A DNA stretch of 62,012 bases, counting the filler, from Basidioascus undulatus (lineage: Eukaryota), in assembly GCA_000826855.1 (NCBI GenBank). It is 6 parts of 6 records of this genome, joined end to end, with 100 filler letters (N's around TTAATTAATTAA, not from the genome) between each part and the next. Parts side by side here need not be neighbours in the genome. Positions count along the whole stretch, not along the records: positions 6,934 to 34,307 come from JTLS01000167.1; 5 more parts are not named here. One strand, written 5' to 3'. A program made the position numbers and the translations under genes. Positions 12,454 to 25,200 of this stretch are shown here, piece after piece. The number at the start of each line of letters is the position of its first letter. The stretch's first letter is position 1. The notes beneath the pieces are model-generated. The model was not told the origin of the DNA. It was given only the letters and a program-made list of their open reading frames with translations, and searched no databases.

Positions 12454-14868
12454 ATGTCGAAACCCGACTTTCATACCCCCTCACAGGGCAACGAGATCGC
12501 TCTAGCTGAGCTTGCCCCGGCTCACATTCGCGACCCTACCGCGGACCTCAGCGCCGCCGAGGCAATCGCGGTCGTCAAGTCCTCAGAACTGGAGTCGCAA
12601 ACAAACCTGCCAGAGTCCCAGGCGGATCCGGAGGAAGATTTGGGGGAGGACATCGACTCAAAAGGGTTGTGGCTGCTCAGCGCACTTCACTTCTCGAGGT
12701 CAGTCCACCTTCGCAGGTTCCCGCAGATGCAGCTGACTGACCCGCACGAAATAGTACATGGGGTGACCGTTGTCTAGAGGTGCGAGATCACGCTTACTGA
12801 ATGCCGATAGCGACCTATCTAATAGTTTCTCGTTCAGTTTGGGGCATACCTCTTCCTCATCGAGGCATTCAAGAACACGCTGCTAGCGGCTTCGATCTTC
12901 GGCTTCTGTACAACCGGCGCTGCAATTCTTGTACGCATATTCCTTCTCCACCCTCAGGCATATTTTCAAAACGAATCTACCCTCAGTTCTCTGGCTCGAT
13001 CGGCCAACTTCTCGACGCTCACCGCCGCCTTCCCGTCCTGCGCACAGCCATCTCACTGCAGAAGGCGTCGGCCGCCGTTTGTTACGGATTGTTCCTCGTC
13101 CTCTTCCTCACTCCGTCGATGTCTTCTCAGGCTGCACGCGGAAGCGGAGCTGACGGCCCAGTATGGGCGGCCTTCACCGGCGTGGTCCTCTGTGGGATCG
13201 TCCTCAAGCTCGCGACCATTGGCGTGTCGGTCAGCATAGAGAGGGATTGGGCGACTACTATTGGGCAAGGCGGGAAAAGACGGTTGATGAAGTTGAACAC
13301 GTGGTTGAGAAGGATCGTAAGTTCTGCTGGTGGGTACGTGAACCTTGCTTCGTGACAGAACATCTGGCGTCCCAGGATCTGGTGTGCAAGCTCGTCGCGC
13401 CCTTATTCGTCTCTGCCTTGTGCATCCCCTACTTCCCTCATCCCCTCCTCTTTCCCTTCCCTCTCCGCGCTTCCGCGCCCCACTCACCTTCCCCCTTCCC
13501 AACCAGGACGGCCGGCGTCTCGTACTCTTTTGCGGCCGCGCTGCTATGCGGAATGTCTGTTGTGACGTTGTTCTTTGAGGTGTGTATCTCGGGCCTTTCA
13601 TAGAACACTGCATCGGAGCTCAAGCTGCTCTGAAGATCCCCATTTGCGGCGTCGTCTACAGCCGCTTCCCCGCGCTCGAGGCCGAGCAGGCTGAGCGCTC
13701 TCGCCTCGCTCCGGCGATGGGGACAAAGGTGCACAAGAGCCTGCTGGAATGGCTTGATCCCAGGCCTGCGATGCGGGATTGGGCCGAGTTCTCGCGGCTC
13801 CCGGTTTTCCTGAGTAGGTTGTGCCATTCGGCTTGCCCAGCAGGTTCGCTGATCTTCAGAACTACTGCAGCGTCTTTGTCCATCTCGAGCGTGTACCTTA
13901 CGGTATGTCCCTTTCATGCGTGTCGAATTTCAGAGCTTTGAACGTGCTCAACTATCGTTATCCAGGTACTCTCTTTCGACGGCACCTTCCTCTCGTACCT
14001 CAAGTCCGCGCGGAGTTGGGACGAGTGCGTCTTTCCCTATTCTCCGCGCTCACTGGGGAGACTCAGCCCTTTTACCGCTTCCCAGTCCGTTCATCGCCGG
14101 CATGCGGGCTATTTGCGCGGTCACGGGCTTGGTCGGAACCGTGCTGCTTCCGTTTGTGGAGCGTAAGCTCGGCCTTATCCGCGCCGGTAGCTGGTCTATC
14201 TGGTGGGTTCCCACTGTTGTCATATAGTCGATCGATATTGATGCCGAAATATCGCCAGGTCCGAAATCATCGCGCTCATTCCAGTCGTCATCGCGCTGTA
14301 CGTCGGCGCACCCGACAGCATCTCCAAGGGTCCAGCCTGGAATTCATCCCTCCTTTTCGGAGGTAATGCAACGTTTAGGCCATTATTTCCATGTTAAGCA
14401 ACGCCTGAAATGCATGGGACTTTCACAGGCATGGCCGCGAGCAGAATCGGGCTTTGGATGTTCGATCTCGCTCAAGTTCAGATTCTGCAAGAGGCACTCG
14501 AAGATCATCCGCGTCGGAATGCGCTGACTGCGCTGCAGTACTCTCTCCAGGTTTGTTCCACTCGTGCCCCTAGTTTAAGCGCTTGTACTAACCGACTTGA
14601 ACAGAACACCTTCGACATGCTGGTACGCTTGTTCTCCCTCATTCTATCTGAAGTCAATCCTTTCTCATCTACTAGGTGATCATTGCAGAAATACGTTCTC
14701 ACTATGATCCTTTCGAACCCGAAAAAATTTAAATGGGCCGGACTTGTTTCTTGGATGGCTGTCTTCGTCGGCGGTTGTCTGTTCGTCGCATACGTTCGCC
14801 GGGTCCGGGGTCATTTGGTGCATTCCGAATGGGCACAACGCCTGTTGGGAGGGAAGAAGAACCAGTAA
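12454..14868 (+). CDS. Ferroportin (FPN1/SLC40/IREG) family divalent-metal exporter, multi-exon
   Basis: HFS-TWGDR, FSGSIGQLLDAHRRL, VSIERDW, LNTWLRRI-DLVCKLVAP, SISSVYLT-LSFDG, GMAASRIGLWMFDLAQVQILQE, QYSLQ-NTFD are the FPN1 family signatures. Stop TAA at 14866-14868. Confidence 0.92.
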
Positions 14869-15416
14869 CATTCATTTCCGAGAGTTTGTTTCAGGTCCGC
14901 TGGTCGATATGCACTGCCGAGTTCATGCGTTCACTATCCAAGCTCGCAAGCCTTCGCGGCTTAACTGAGTTGCTATGATGGCTCCGCTAACGACGAAACC
15001 CAGCCCTAGATGATTGTGGATTGTGTGCAAGTTCAAAGAGTTGGTTTTCATAATATGCGATGCCCAATTTCGGCGTTACCCAAGGCACACCGGAAGAACA
15101 GAACAAAGCTGTAGCCTTGTTCGACCCGGGGCAGCGGTGAACGGTTGCACCTTCGGCATTCTCCCGCGTCCCCTACTTTGCCTTGAGGCTTATACTAGAC
15201 AATGCGATATTCGGGACTAGAAACCTGCCAAAATTGAGAATGTCATATTGCCTCCGGCCCAACGGTTCCCCCAAGTTCCCCCACTCTGCTAAACGGACCA
15301 AGACGGCACCTCGAGCTTCAGTGCCTGTCCTGCGTCCGCAACTTCTACCGCCTTCGACCACCTCACACACAAAAGCGCAGCACACGGTAGGTGTCCAAAA
15401 ATATTGAGCTATGGTG

Positions 15417-15546
15417 ATCCAACTAGAGCAATCGTTCAATATCGTAACTAGGTATCGCTCAAGCTCGTGATAGAAGACGGAATCCAACTAGAGCAATCGT
15501 TCAATATCGTAACTAGGTATCGCTCAAGCTCGTGATAGAAGACGGA
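15417..15546. repeat. Exact tandem duplication of a 65-bp unit
   Basis: ATCCAACTAGAGCAATCG...GATAGAAGACGGA occurs at 15417-15481 and again at 15482-15546. Confidence 0.95.
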
Positions 15547-15554
15547 ACAAGCGA

Positions 15555-17844
15555 TTAAGCCCACTTGCCGCTGTACATCGCCGGCCGTGAGGTCAGTAAA
15601 TGCGCTTGAGGAGGCACCGAATAAAATACAAAACGCACAGGAGAGTCATACAGAATGTGCCCAAAAACAGGCTGAGACCAGCGAAGGCGAGCTTGCGCCA
15701 CTTCGCAGTCGCCAGTTCGCCGTGCATGAAGTCGTGAACGAGAAGCTCGACAATTCCGGCATATAGCAGAATGCCCGCCGAGATGGAGTCGAGGATGCCG
15801 ATCGAGAGAAGCGCCGCCCCCGAGTTGGGGTTGTAAGAGCTGTGGACGCCAATGCCAATCGCGATACCGATGGGAGTGATGAACTGTGATAGAGCGCGTT
15901 CGGTGTGAGTTACACATGGCGGCGGGGATACATAAAGATATGGAAAAGGAAGAGAAAGAATGTCTGTTACGCACGATGAAGCATGCACCCATAAGCCACT
16001 TCTTCCACAGTTGCCCCTTAGGGAAGATGAGCAGTCCGATACGAGCGCCGAGACCAAGCGCCTCGAAGAACTGGTGGAAGGTGATGGCGCAAAGAAGGGG
16101 AATCCACTCGCTGCCGCCAGTTGCCCCGAGCGAGACGCCGATCATGATCTGAGTATTTCGCATGTCAGCCACGCATGGGAAGGTCTAGTACACGCGAAGA
16201 AGTAAACGTACCGAGTGAAAAATGATGCCGGCCTCGAGCAGGAGCACGTCAAAGTGTGCCTGCTTCGAAGAGTAGTCCATCGCTTCGTTCACGCCGCCGT
16301 GGTGATTGTGCGCGAAGTCGATCCCGCCAGGGGCGACAGCAGAAGCTCCCTTTTCGAGCCTGGAAGTGTCAACGCATGTCAGCATCTACTTAGGCGTACC
16401 AAACAACGGGCCCAACGCACCCATCATGGCCGTCGCTGCTGCCGTCGCTGGTCGCATGCGCGTGCGCTGCGGCGTGCTTCTCCGCCCGACCCTTCATGTA
16501 CCGCATCCCAAAGAAGTCGATGAAGCTGGAGCATTACAGTGTGCATGTGAGGGGGTTAGTGTGGGGGGGGATGAGGTTTTAACTGGGGACTGAGATCGCA
16601 CAAGACGACATAGACTCCGGCCATTGCAATCGCGGATGCGACCGGTTCGAAGACGAGCTCGCCGAGACAGGCATTGCTGAACATGATAAAGGCGTGGTAC
16701 AGCAAGTGGACGACTAAGGATCGCAGTTCTCGTTCAGAAGTATACTGTAGGTAATCGAGGCGTGGATGCTTACAGGCTGTGGAGATGATGACGCCGGTAC
16801 CGCTGACGGTTCGGAAAAGGGTCAGCTTGAAGCGGGCGAGAATGTGCAACGGAAGATCGTACAAGTGCTTGGCAATGAAGAATACGTTTCGGAACAACGG
16901 CGTGGCCGACCATTGCGAGGTGAAAATTGGGATGAAGATGCCCAAAGCCGAAGCGACGAGGAGGATGCTGTGGACAACGGATGGAACTCGGTCAGCGGAG
17001 AAACGAGTTGCATCGAGCAAAGGGCAGGCCACGGACAAAACCGAACCGATATGCAATCCTTGATCGTACTCGCCCAAGTCGATTCCATTACATTGGCCAG
17101 AGCTGGAAGGCAAGCAAGCGGTCTGATTAGCTGCTCTGAAGAGCCAGGACAGAAAGTGTGTGCGCCGGTCGGCATCGCGACAATGAAAGAACACACCAAT
17201 CACCGTGCGTGTGGCCGCCATGGACGACACAGGTGCTGCCGCTGGAGCCTCCCTCTCCGCTCGAGCTCGAGAAGACTTCGCAAGTCCACACGCTCTGAGA
17301 TGGCACCAATGGAGAGTTAGCCTTTCACCTCAACACGGGCAAGAATGTCGCGCTGATACAGCGCACCCCTCAACTCGGAGAAATGAACGTACAGTCGCTT
17401 CGTCGAGCTCACACAAGCTCCCGTCCTCGCAGTCCCAGTGCCCGATATGCGCGGTGCACTCGCGCCCGGGAGGCCCGTCCGACGAGCCGGCAGAGCCTGA
17501 ACCCGAGCTCGACGCGCCGACGCAGGAGAAGGCGTCCGTATTCCATGTGCAGAAGGCACCGTTGTCGCACAGCCAGGTGTCGGTCTGTTTCAGGTGAAAG
17601 AAGCGGGAAAGCCCAGGTCAGGGTGACGAATCAGGGCGAGTCTGTCTGTCACTCTTGTACGCACCCCGGTAGAGGAGCAGGTTCCCTGCCCTGATGGGCC
17701 GTCGGCTTGAGTGCCCTCAATAGTCGTCGACTGACGCTTATGGAGCTCCGTGAGACCCCAGGCAGGGGCTACACGGAAGGAATAAGCGGTATTGACGAGG
17801 AAGGTAAGCGCGAAGCTGGTGCCGACCGCGGAGACAGCTTTCAT
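15555..17844 (-). CDS. ZIP (Zrt/Irt) zinc transporter with signal peptide and Cys/His-rich extracellular N-terminal domain (ZrfC-like architecture)
   Basis: Hydrophobic N-terminus MKAVSAVGTSFALTFLV; ECTAHIGHWDC and TCVVHGGHTHGD; EYDQGLHIG, FGTGVIISTA, VHLL, LLEAGIIFHS-IMIG, FHQFFEALGLG, DSISAGILLY, GKWA*. Confidence 0.93.
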
Positions 17845-19008
17845 CTTGGCGTCTTCCGTCCTCTGAATGAGGAATGAGGGCTGAACGGTTGAGATGGGAG
17901 GAGACGAGCAGGCAACGAGAAAGAGCCACACTACGACTTTTATTGGATGAACACGCAGCAAGGGAGCACATATACAACGTAGGTAGCAGTAGAAGCGAGG
18001 TTGGCTTGGCGGGAAGAGGAGGGGACCGTCGCGGTGACTGGCGTCGGAGAGCACCGCGCGCGGTCGCTTCGACGCGTCGGGGCCACAAAACGGCCTCGGT
18101 CGAGCTTCGAATCAGTAACTGTTACCAAGGCAAAAAGTAACAGATCTGAATACTTCATGGCGGCTGTCAGGATGGTGGCCGCATGGCCCTTGTGCGGTTC
18201 AACCGCAAAGGAGGATGGCCGCAACCAGATTGCGGCGGACGCCAGTACTGAGTGCCAAGAACGCACAACTGCTCGATATAATGGGAAGCAGTCTGCATTG
18301 ACAGGACGAGTACATGAATGCACTGGGAAAGCAATCGATGTTCATTCCGGATGAGAGCTGAGCGGTACAGGTACGAAATTGTACGGAAAGTCCGCACTGC
18401 CGCTCAAAGTGTCCTTTCATGGGCAGCTAGGGCTCGCTATATCTGCAATGCAGTCTCTTTCTTCGCAAGGGACACTTCTAGTTTCCCAAGAAAATGCTCT
18501 ATGTTATCTCAAGAATGAGAGATTGTGCAAAGACACGTATCGTGCTATCCGTCGAACACAACCTCGTACGGCAACCTGCCCCGGCAAAGACGGTAGGCAC
18601 TTTGGTTCAGAAAGGCATGAGCAATGAGATCATGACAGCTTTATGTGTCGCTAAACGGGGGCAATAAAGCTTTTCAGTGAGCTGCAGACTATTGAACGTT
18701 GAGGGTTGCGGCGATCTAAGGAGGCCCTCCTCAAGACGTGACCCGCCAGGGCTTCCCTTGGAAGTGCACGGGGTTCTGTCATTAACATCCAATAAAATTC
18801 TGATTCTATACCTAGAGTCGAGCAGTCGAGTGCCGAGGAGAACAAAGGAAAGAAAGAGCGAGCGTGAAGCCGGGATGCTTCGGCCCGAGGCCCTGGATCC
18901 GAGGAAGCACCAGGGGCCAACAGCCCGCAGTCGGTGCTCAGCTCGTCGTTGAGCACGGCCTGCTCTCTATCCACGATAGACATCTTATAGCCGCATTCGC
19001 TTGATAGC

Positions 19009-20620
19009 ATGGGCAGCAGCTACGGGCTCCCCACGCCAACGTCCGCATCACGGCGGCACCCGCTCCTCCCACCTCGCCTCCGTCTCCCGCTCGCGCTCTT
19101 CTCCCTCTTCCTCCTCAGCGCCGGCTACCTTCTTGGCCGCTCATCTTCCTCATCGTCCTTATCGCGCTCATTCCACATTCCGAACTCCAGAATCCCTTTT
19201 GCGATCCCAGAAAAGCGAATACCTCGGCTGCAGGTGCAGGCGGTGGACACGGTGGATGGCGGGAAGATCAGGGTCCCAGAGGCGCAGTGGCCGAGGAGGA
19301 TCCCGAATGTTGTCCATTACATTCATGGGCTGGCGGGGCCAGAAGACCCGCCTGAGCTGAAGTACTTCCAAGTGCGTCCCAGCCCTCTTTCCCCCAGTCC
19401 GTCCCATACCCGCACCTTCCCTTGACCTTTCTCCCCCACATACAGTACCTCGCCATCCGCTCTGCACTCGTGACGCTCAAGCCCGACCTCGTACTCTTCC
19501 ACTACCGCACCGAGCCCGTGGGCTACTGGTGGGCGCAGATCCGGCCGCACGTCACGCTTGTGCGCGCCCGTGACGTGCACGAGGTCTACGGGCGGCCGGT
19601 CGAGAAGTTCGCCCATAAGGCCGATGTAGTCCGCCTGGAGGCGCTACTGAAGTGGGGCGGAATCTACCTTGATGTGAGTCATGCTTCTTTTAATGTGATA
19701 GATACGGTGATGCTGGCGAAGGGCGTATGCTCGTGTTGGGGCTCGGGGCTGGGCTGTTGCACGCGAGGTCGTCTCGCTTTCATCACTGTCTTTTTCATGC
19801 CTTTTCCCCGTTCTGAGATCGTCCAGCTGAGATCCGCATGACTTCACTCCTGGTTCTCAGGTAGACACCTTCGTCGTGCGCGACTTTGCCTCCGCCGGCC
19901 TGCTAGAAGAGCAAGTCGTGCGTCCTCAGTCTCTATCATTAGCCTCACCCTCACCTTTTCCAGAGTCGCTCATTCCGCACTTTATCACCTTCAAGGTACT
20001 TGGTATGGAGGCTGCAACCGACCCGGCGCGGACCGAGCTTGAGCCGTCAGGCCTCTGTAACGCCGTCATCCTCGCCGAGCGCAATGCGCGCTTTTTGCGC
20101 GATTGGTTGCATAGTGTGCGCAGTCAATTGCTTTCTCGAGACCAGAGCCAGTGTGTTGATGCGGAGGTGGCGGCTGTGTGGCAGTATGAAACGTTCGACA
20201 AGAACGAGTGGGCCTCGCACAGCGTAACAATGCCTTGGGTGCGCCGTTCCCCGATCGCTCGCTCGCCCGTCTATCTCCGTCGCTCACTCTCGAACGCTCG
20301 TCCTTCTCTCCTCTCTAAATTAGACTCTCGCCCAGCGCGACCCCACCTCCGTCACCGTGCTCAACAACAAGGCCTTCTTCTGGCCGCTGTGGACGTCCGA
20401 GCACCTCGACCTCGTGCACGAGTCGACGACGTACGACTTCTTCGGCACCGACCAGTTCGCGTACCACGCGTGGGAGTCGCTAGCGCGCCCGTGGCTCGAC
20501 ACGCTCGACCCCACCACGCTCCGCACGCGGGACAGCAGCTTCGCGAGGATGGCGAGGCGGTTTGCGGAGAAGGGTGAGGAGGAGCGGTGGGTCGCTTGGA
20601 AGGAGGGTAGGAACGTTTGA
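19009..20620 (+). CDS. DXD sugar-binding glycosyltransferase (GT32-like), type II membrane protein
   Basis: N-terminal TM segment (LALFSLFLLSAGYLLG), IPNVVHYIHG, YLAIRSA, AHKADVVRLEALLKWGGIYLD-VD, GLCNAVILA, FAYHAWES. Stop TGA at 20618-20620. Confidence 0.9.
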
Positions 20621-20891
20621 GAGTCTTCACTGTTTTTTCTTCTTTGGCTTTGTGCTCTCGTTTCATTTGGGGGGGTTCAACCTCCGGACGATCACCCTCT
20701 TTCGCCACCCATTTTTCCAGAACTACCTCCCCGCCCGCTCCTGGGCCCTCGTTCATGTCTTCCTTCCGTCCTCAAGCTACTGCATCTTTCCCTGCATGTT
20801 CCCGCTCTCCGTTACTCGATGTTCACTCTGCAACGCATGTGATACCCGCCCATCTTCGCACCCCGAGTTACCTGCGTAGTCGACTGTTGTT

Positions 20892-21883
20892 TTGCCGCAT
20901 GCACGGGCCGACACGGTAGACGATGGGGACGTCCCCTGGGAGCCGATTAAATGTTGGGAACGAATCCCTCATTACAGGGACCCTAAGTGGGATGAGCCCG
21001 CTGATTCGCTTTTTGGAGTCTTGCCCGTGCACATGGTCTGCATGGAGCTGCTCAGGCAAGCGGTGGAACGTTGTCCGATGCTTTGTGAGATCGCGCAAGA
21101 GGATACGAAAACTGACATTGAAATGCACGTCCAGGTTTCATTTGGTGCCTCCCAAGCCTTTCTCGTGCTGATGCTTACGTTCTCACTCTGGTTTGAGGCA
21201 GCTGGGAAGCCCTCAACCGTCTTCACTCGGAGGACGCAGGCGCCGCTTGGGACACGCCTCGTCTTGCAGATCCGTCTGTCTCTTTGCAGAAGATTTGGGA
21301 CGACTTTCGACTAGATCATGTACGCGCTCCTTTCATGATTGTTTCGTCCTTCCACTAACGCTTCAAGCACACCTTCTGCCCGTACTTGCTCGTCTCGCCG
21401 CTGTTCCCTCACTTCTACCCCCAAGCTAAGCTGGGACCCTGTTTCTACCCATTTTCGCTTGCTCGTTTTGCGCAACGCCAAACGCAGCGTTCCTGTGCCT
21501 CCCTATGGAGACGCTTTACTCGATCGTCCTCTGTCTCATTGAATCTGAACCAGCGCCGCATCGCTCCTTCCACGCCTTGCGGCATAGCAATTCGTTCTTC
21601 TTCCTGTGCACGTACCCGACGCAGCTCTGGTTTCAGGTCATCCTACCACTTGCCGAGACCACCTTCCCGGCCTTCGGCGTCCTCCATCACCTGCTGCACT
21701 GGGATCTCGATCGAGCCTATTGGAGGCAGTGTCTCGTGCGGCGCATCGGTCAAGCAGGACGAACCGGATGGAGGGTATGAAGTGTGGAAGCGGTTTGCGG
21801 GTAACCCGGCAGTAAGGGCGAGGCGGAGGCTCAACCGAAAGATTGAGGAAGTCGTTGAGGAGATGGTCAGGGGTTGTTCATAG
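20892..21883 (+). pseudogene. Possible degenerate hypothetical gene (fragmented coding-like ORFs)
   Basis: Short ORFs in shifting frames (MELLRQAVERCPML; FFFLCTYPTQLWFQVILP; RRRLNRKIEEVVEEM); no recognisable family. Confidence 0.25.
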
Positions 21884-22226
21884 GCGCTCAAACGTTGATA
21901 TTGTTCTCCCCGTGATTCTCTATCCTGCGGTCCCGAGCGTCGGCTATCGTAGACAAATGCAAGAGGTATCGTGATGCATTGTGATTTGGATGATTGCGAG
22001 GAAGAGAGTCATCCGGGAGAAAGGGAACGAGAAGCGGATGAAACAAAACGAAGCACAATAAGAATGAAGCAAGAGACGGAGAGTTGAAGTCGAACCGTCT
22101 CGCCCGGTAATAGTACACGGGGACCCGTCGAGGAGGTTGAAGCTCCTCGTCCCCCCCGGGAGCTGCGTTGAAGCCGCCCCCCACGGTGGCCTTCCGCCTA
22201 CCACCGCGCCCATGCTGCGCGCCGAT

Positions 22227-25200
22227 CTAAGCATACTCCTCCACATTGCCGCACTCGCAGACCTGAAGTATCCCAGTGATTAGCGGGAGACGGGAAACCA
22301 AGAGGCAGGAGAGAAAGCGCACGAGGTTGCGGTCGCCGTAAGCTGTGATAACGACGTATTGCAAGTCAGCACGCCGTCTCGAGATCGAACCCCCAGCGGA
22401 ACGCACCATCATCCACCCGGGCAACGGACGGCCAGAACTTATCCTTCCTCAGCCAAGGAAGCGGGTACGTGGCCTCCTCGCGCGAGTACGGCCGCGCCCA
22501 GTCCTTGTCGCTGCGAGTGACGAGCTCGATCGTGTGCGGCGCGTTCTTGATCACGTTGTTCTCGCGGTCGACAGCGCCAGACGCAATAGCGTCGGCTTCG
22601 CCACGAATATGGATCATGGCGTCGCAGAAGCTGCGAAGCGGTTGTCGATCAGCCTCGGTCGTCAGGAAGCCCATGGAGAGTGAGTGAAGTCGCACCGGTC
22701 GATGGCCTCCTTGTTCTCAGACTCGGTCGGCTCTGTGTAAAACAGGAATTAAGGTAAGTGCTACTTCACGGCGGATGTCGTCGAAGTACGTACCGATAAG
22801 CATGCCGGTCGAGATGGGCCAAGAGCAGGTAGGCGGGTGGATGCCGAAGTCCTGTAGACGCTTCGCAAAGTCCATAACCTTCAAACCCGCCGTGGCGTCG
22901 AACTCGGCGAGGTCAAGCAGGAGCTCGTGCGCGACGCGGCCCTTGGCGTTCGAGTAGCGCAGCGTGTAGTGGTCCTTGAGGCGGTGCGCGATGTAGTTGG
23001 CGTTAAGGAGCGCGATCTTGGACGAGTACGTCAGGCCAGCGCCGCCGAGCATTTTGATATATGCTGCGATTGGAGACGTAAGACCAGGGAGCGAGGACAG
23101 CGGGCGGCCCAGAACAAGGAAACGCACCCCAAGAGATGGTGAGGATGGAAGCCGAGCCTTGCGGTGCGGCGGAGACGGGAGAGATCGACTGCGGCGTGCC
23201 CCACTTGGACAGAGGGTGCCCGGGGAGGAAGGGCGCAAGGTGCTCGGCCACGCAAATGGGTCTGTTCGAGCAAGTGCTGGGTCAGAACCATGCTGTGACC
23301 CGTCGACAATCCGCGCCACCTACCCGATACCAGGACCACCACCACCGTGGGGACTGCGTCGATATGTCAATCAGCGATGGTCATCTACCCATAAAGACAG
23401 TAAAACGTACATGCTGAACGTTTTGTGCAAGTTCAGGTGGCAAACGTCACCGCCACACGTGGCAGGGTTCGTAAGGCCAACCTGGGCGTTCAGGTTTGCG
23501 CCTGTTTACGGTATTCTCGCAGTGAGCTTTCTGAATGGGCATCGCAGTTGGGAGGCCACAACGCACCGTCGAGGTAGACCTGCCCGCCATGCTGGTGGAC
23601 GATGGCGCATGCCTCTTGCACGCCCTCCTCGAAGACACCGAACGTCGAAGGGTAGGTGACCTGAAATGATCTGATGCTTGAGACGAAATTGGCGGCAGAT
23701 AATGGGGGTAAGAGGCGCACCATGAACGCAGCCAGGTTCTCCGAGTGCTTCTCAGCCTTGGCACGGAGGTCCGCCATATCGAGGCTGCCATCCTTGAGCG
23801 TCGCGACGGGGACGACCTTCATGCCGGCCATGGTCTGCCATCACACGCAGGTATGAGCACAATGCAACAAATCGAGGCATGGTCGAACGTACCGCCGACG
23901 CGGGGTTGGTACCGTGCGCCGAGCCAGGAATCAAGCAAATGTCGCGCTTGTCGCCCTCGCCGCGCGACTCGTGGTACGCCCTGCGCGATGTCTCAGCGAC
24001 CTAGCATGCAAAGACATGTGGACAAAATCGACGCACTTGATGACCGACAGGCCCGCATACTCGCCCTGCGCGCCGGAGTTTGGCTGTAGGCTCGTAGCCG
24101 CGAAGCCAGTGATCCGGCTGAGGTCGTCCTCCCTGTGGATATTGCATCGTCAGCACCCAACAGACAACCACTGGAAAGGTAGACATACAGCTCCTTGATC
24201 ATCTGAGCATACCCCTGCGCCTGCTCGTCAGGCACGAAGGGGTGGATCGAGCCCCACTCGGGCTGCGTGAACGGCGTCATGGACGTGACGGAGTTGAGCT
24301 TCATCGTGCAGCTGCCGAGCGGGATCATGGCGTGCACGAGGGAGAGGTCCTTCGACTGGAGGTGGTGGATGTCTGTAATGCGGTGGTTAAGCTTCAGCTT
24401 ACGCGATCCCAGGGAGGCTCGAAAGGAGGCTTACAGCGAAGAAGGTCGGTCTCGGAGTGGTACTTGTTGAAGACACTGCACATCCGCACACGGCTCAGCG
24501 ATGAATGTACGAACGCTAGGAAAGACGAAAACTTACGGCTGCTGCAAGTACTGAGAAGTGCGCGCGAGCTGCGGCAGCTTGATGCTCTCGAGCTCCTTCG
24601 CGCCAAGCCCGAGCTCCTCCGCAATGCTCTCCAGCGTGCCCGGCGTGACCTTGCCCTCGCCGCCCTTGGCCTTCTCGAACACCTCGAGGAGCGTGAGCAG
24701 GTCGCGCTCGTTGGCGCTCTCGTCTAGCGTCAGGCCCACGCGCGTCGCGTCGATCTCACGCAGGTTGACCTGCGCAGCGCGCGCGGCGGCGTGAACGGCG
24801 GAGGCGTCAGGGACTTGGATGGTGCTGGTAGGCAGGCGTCTGTGTCAGCGAAGCATGATAGGGGAGACATGCGAAGCGAATTGCGCACACCGTGTCGAAG
24901 AAGCTGTCGGCGTTCTGGATCTTGTAGCCTGCGCGCTCTAGGCCAGTCTTCACCACACGCGTGTAGGCGTGGACCTTGCCCGCGATCTTGCGCAGACCCT
25001 CCGGTCCATGGTAGACGGCTGCGAGACAGGCCAAAACATCAGTGCCGTCCGAGTATATACGGTACTTCGCATCCAAACGCACCATACATAGCCGCCATGT
25101 TGGCAAGCAGCGCCTGCGCGGTGCAGATGTTGCTGGTCGCCTTGTCCCGCCTAATGTGCTGCTCGCGCGTCTGGAGCGCGAGCCGGTACGCGGGGCGGCC

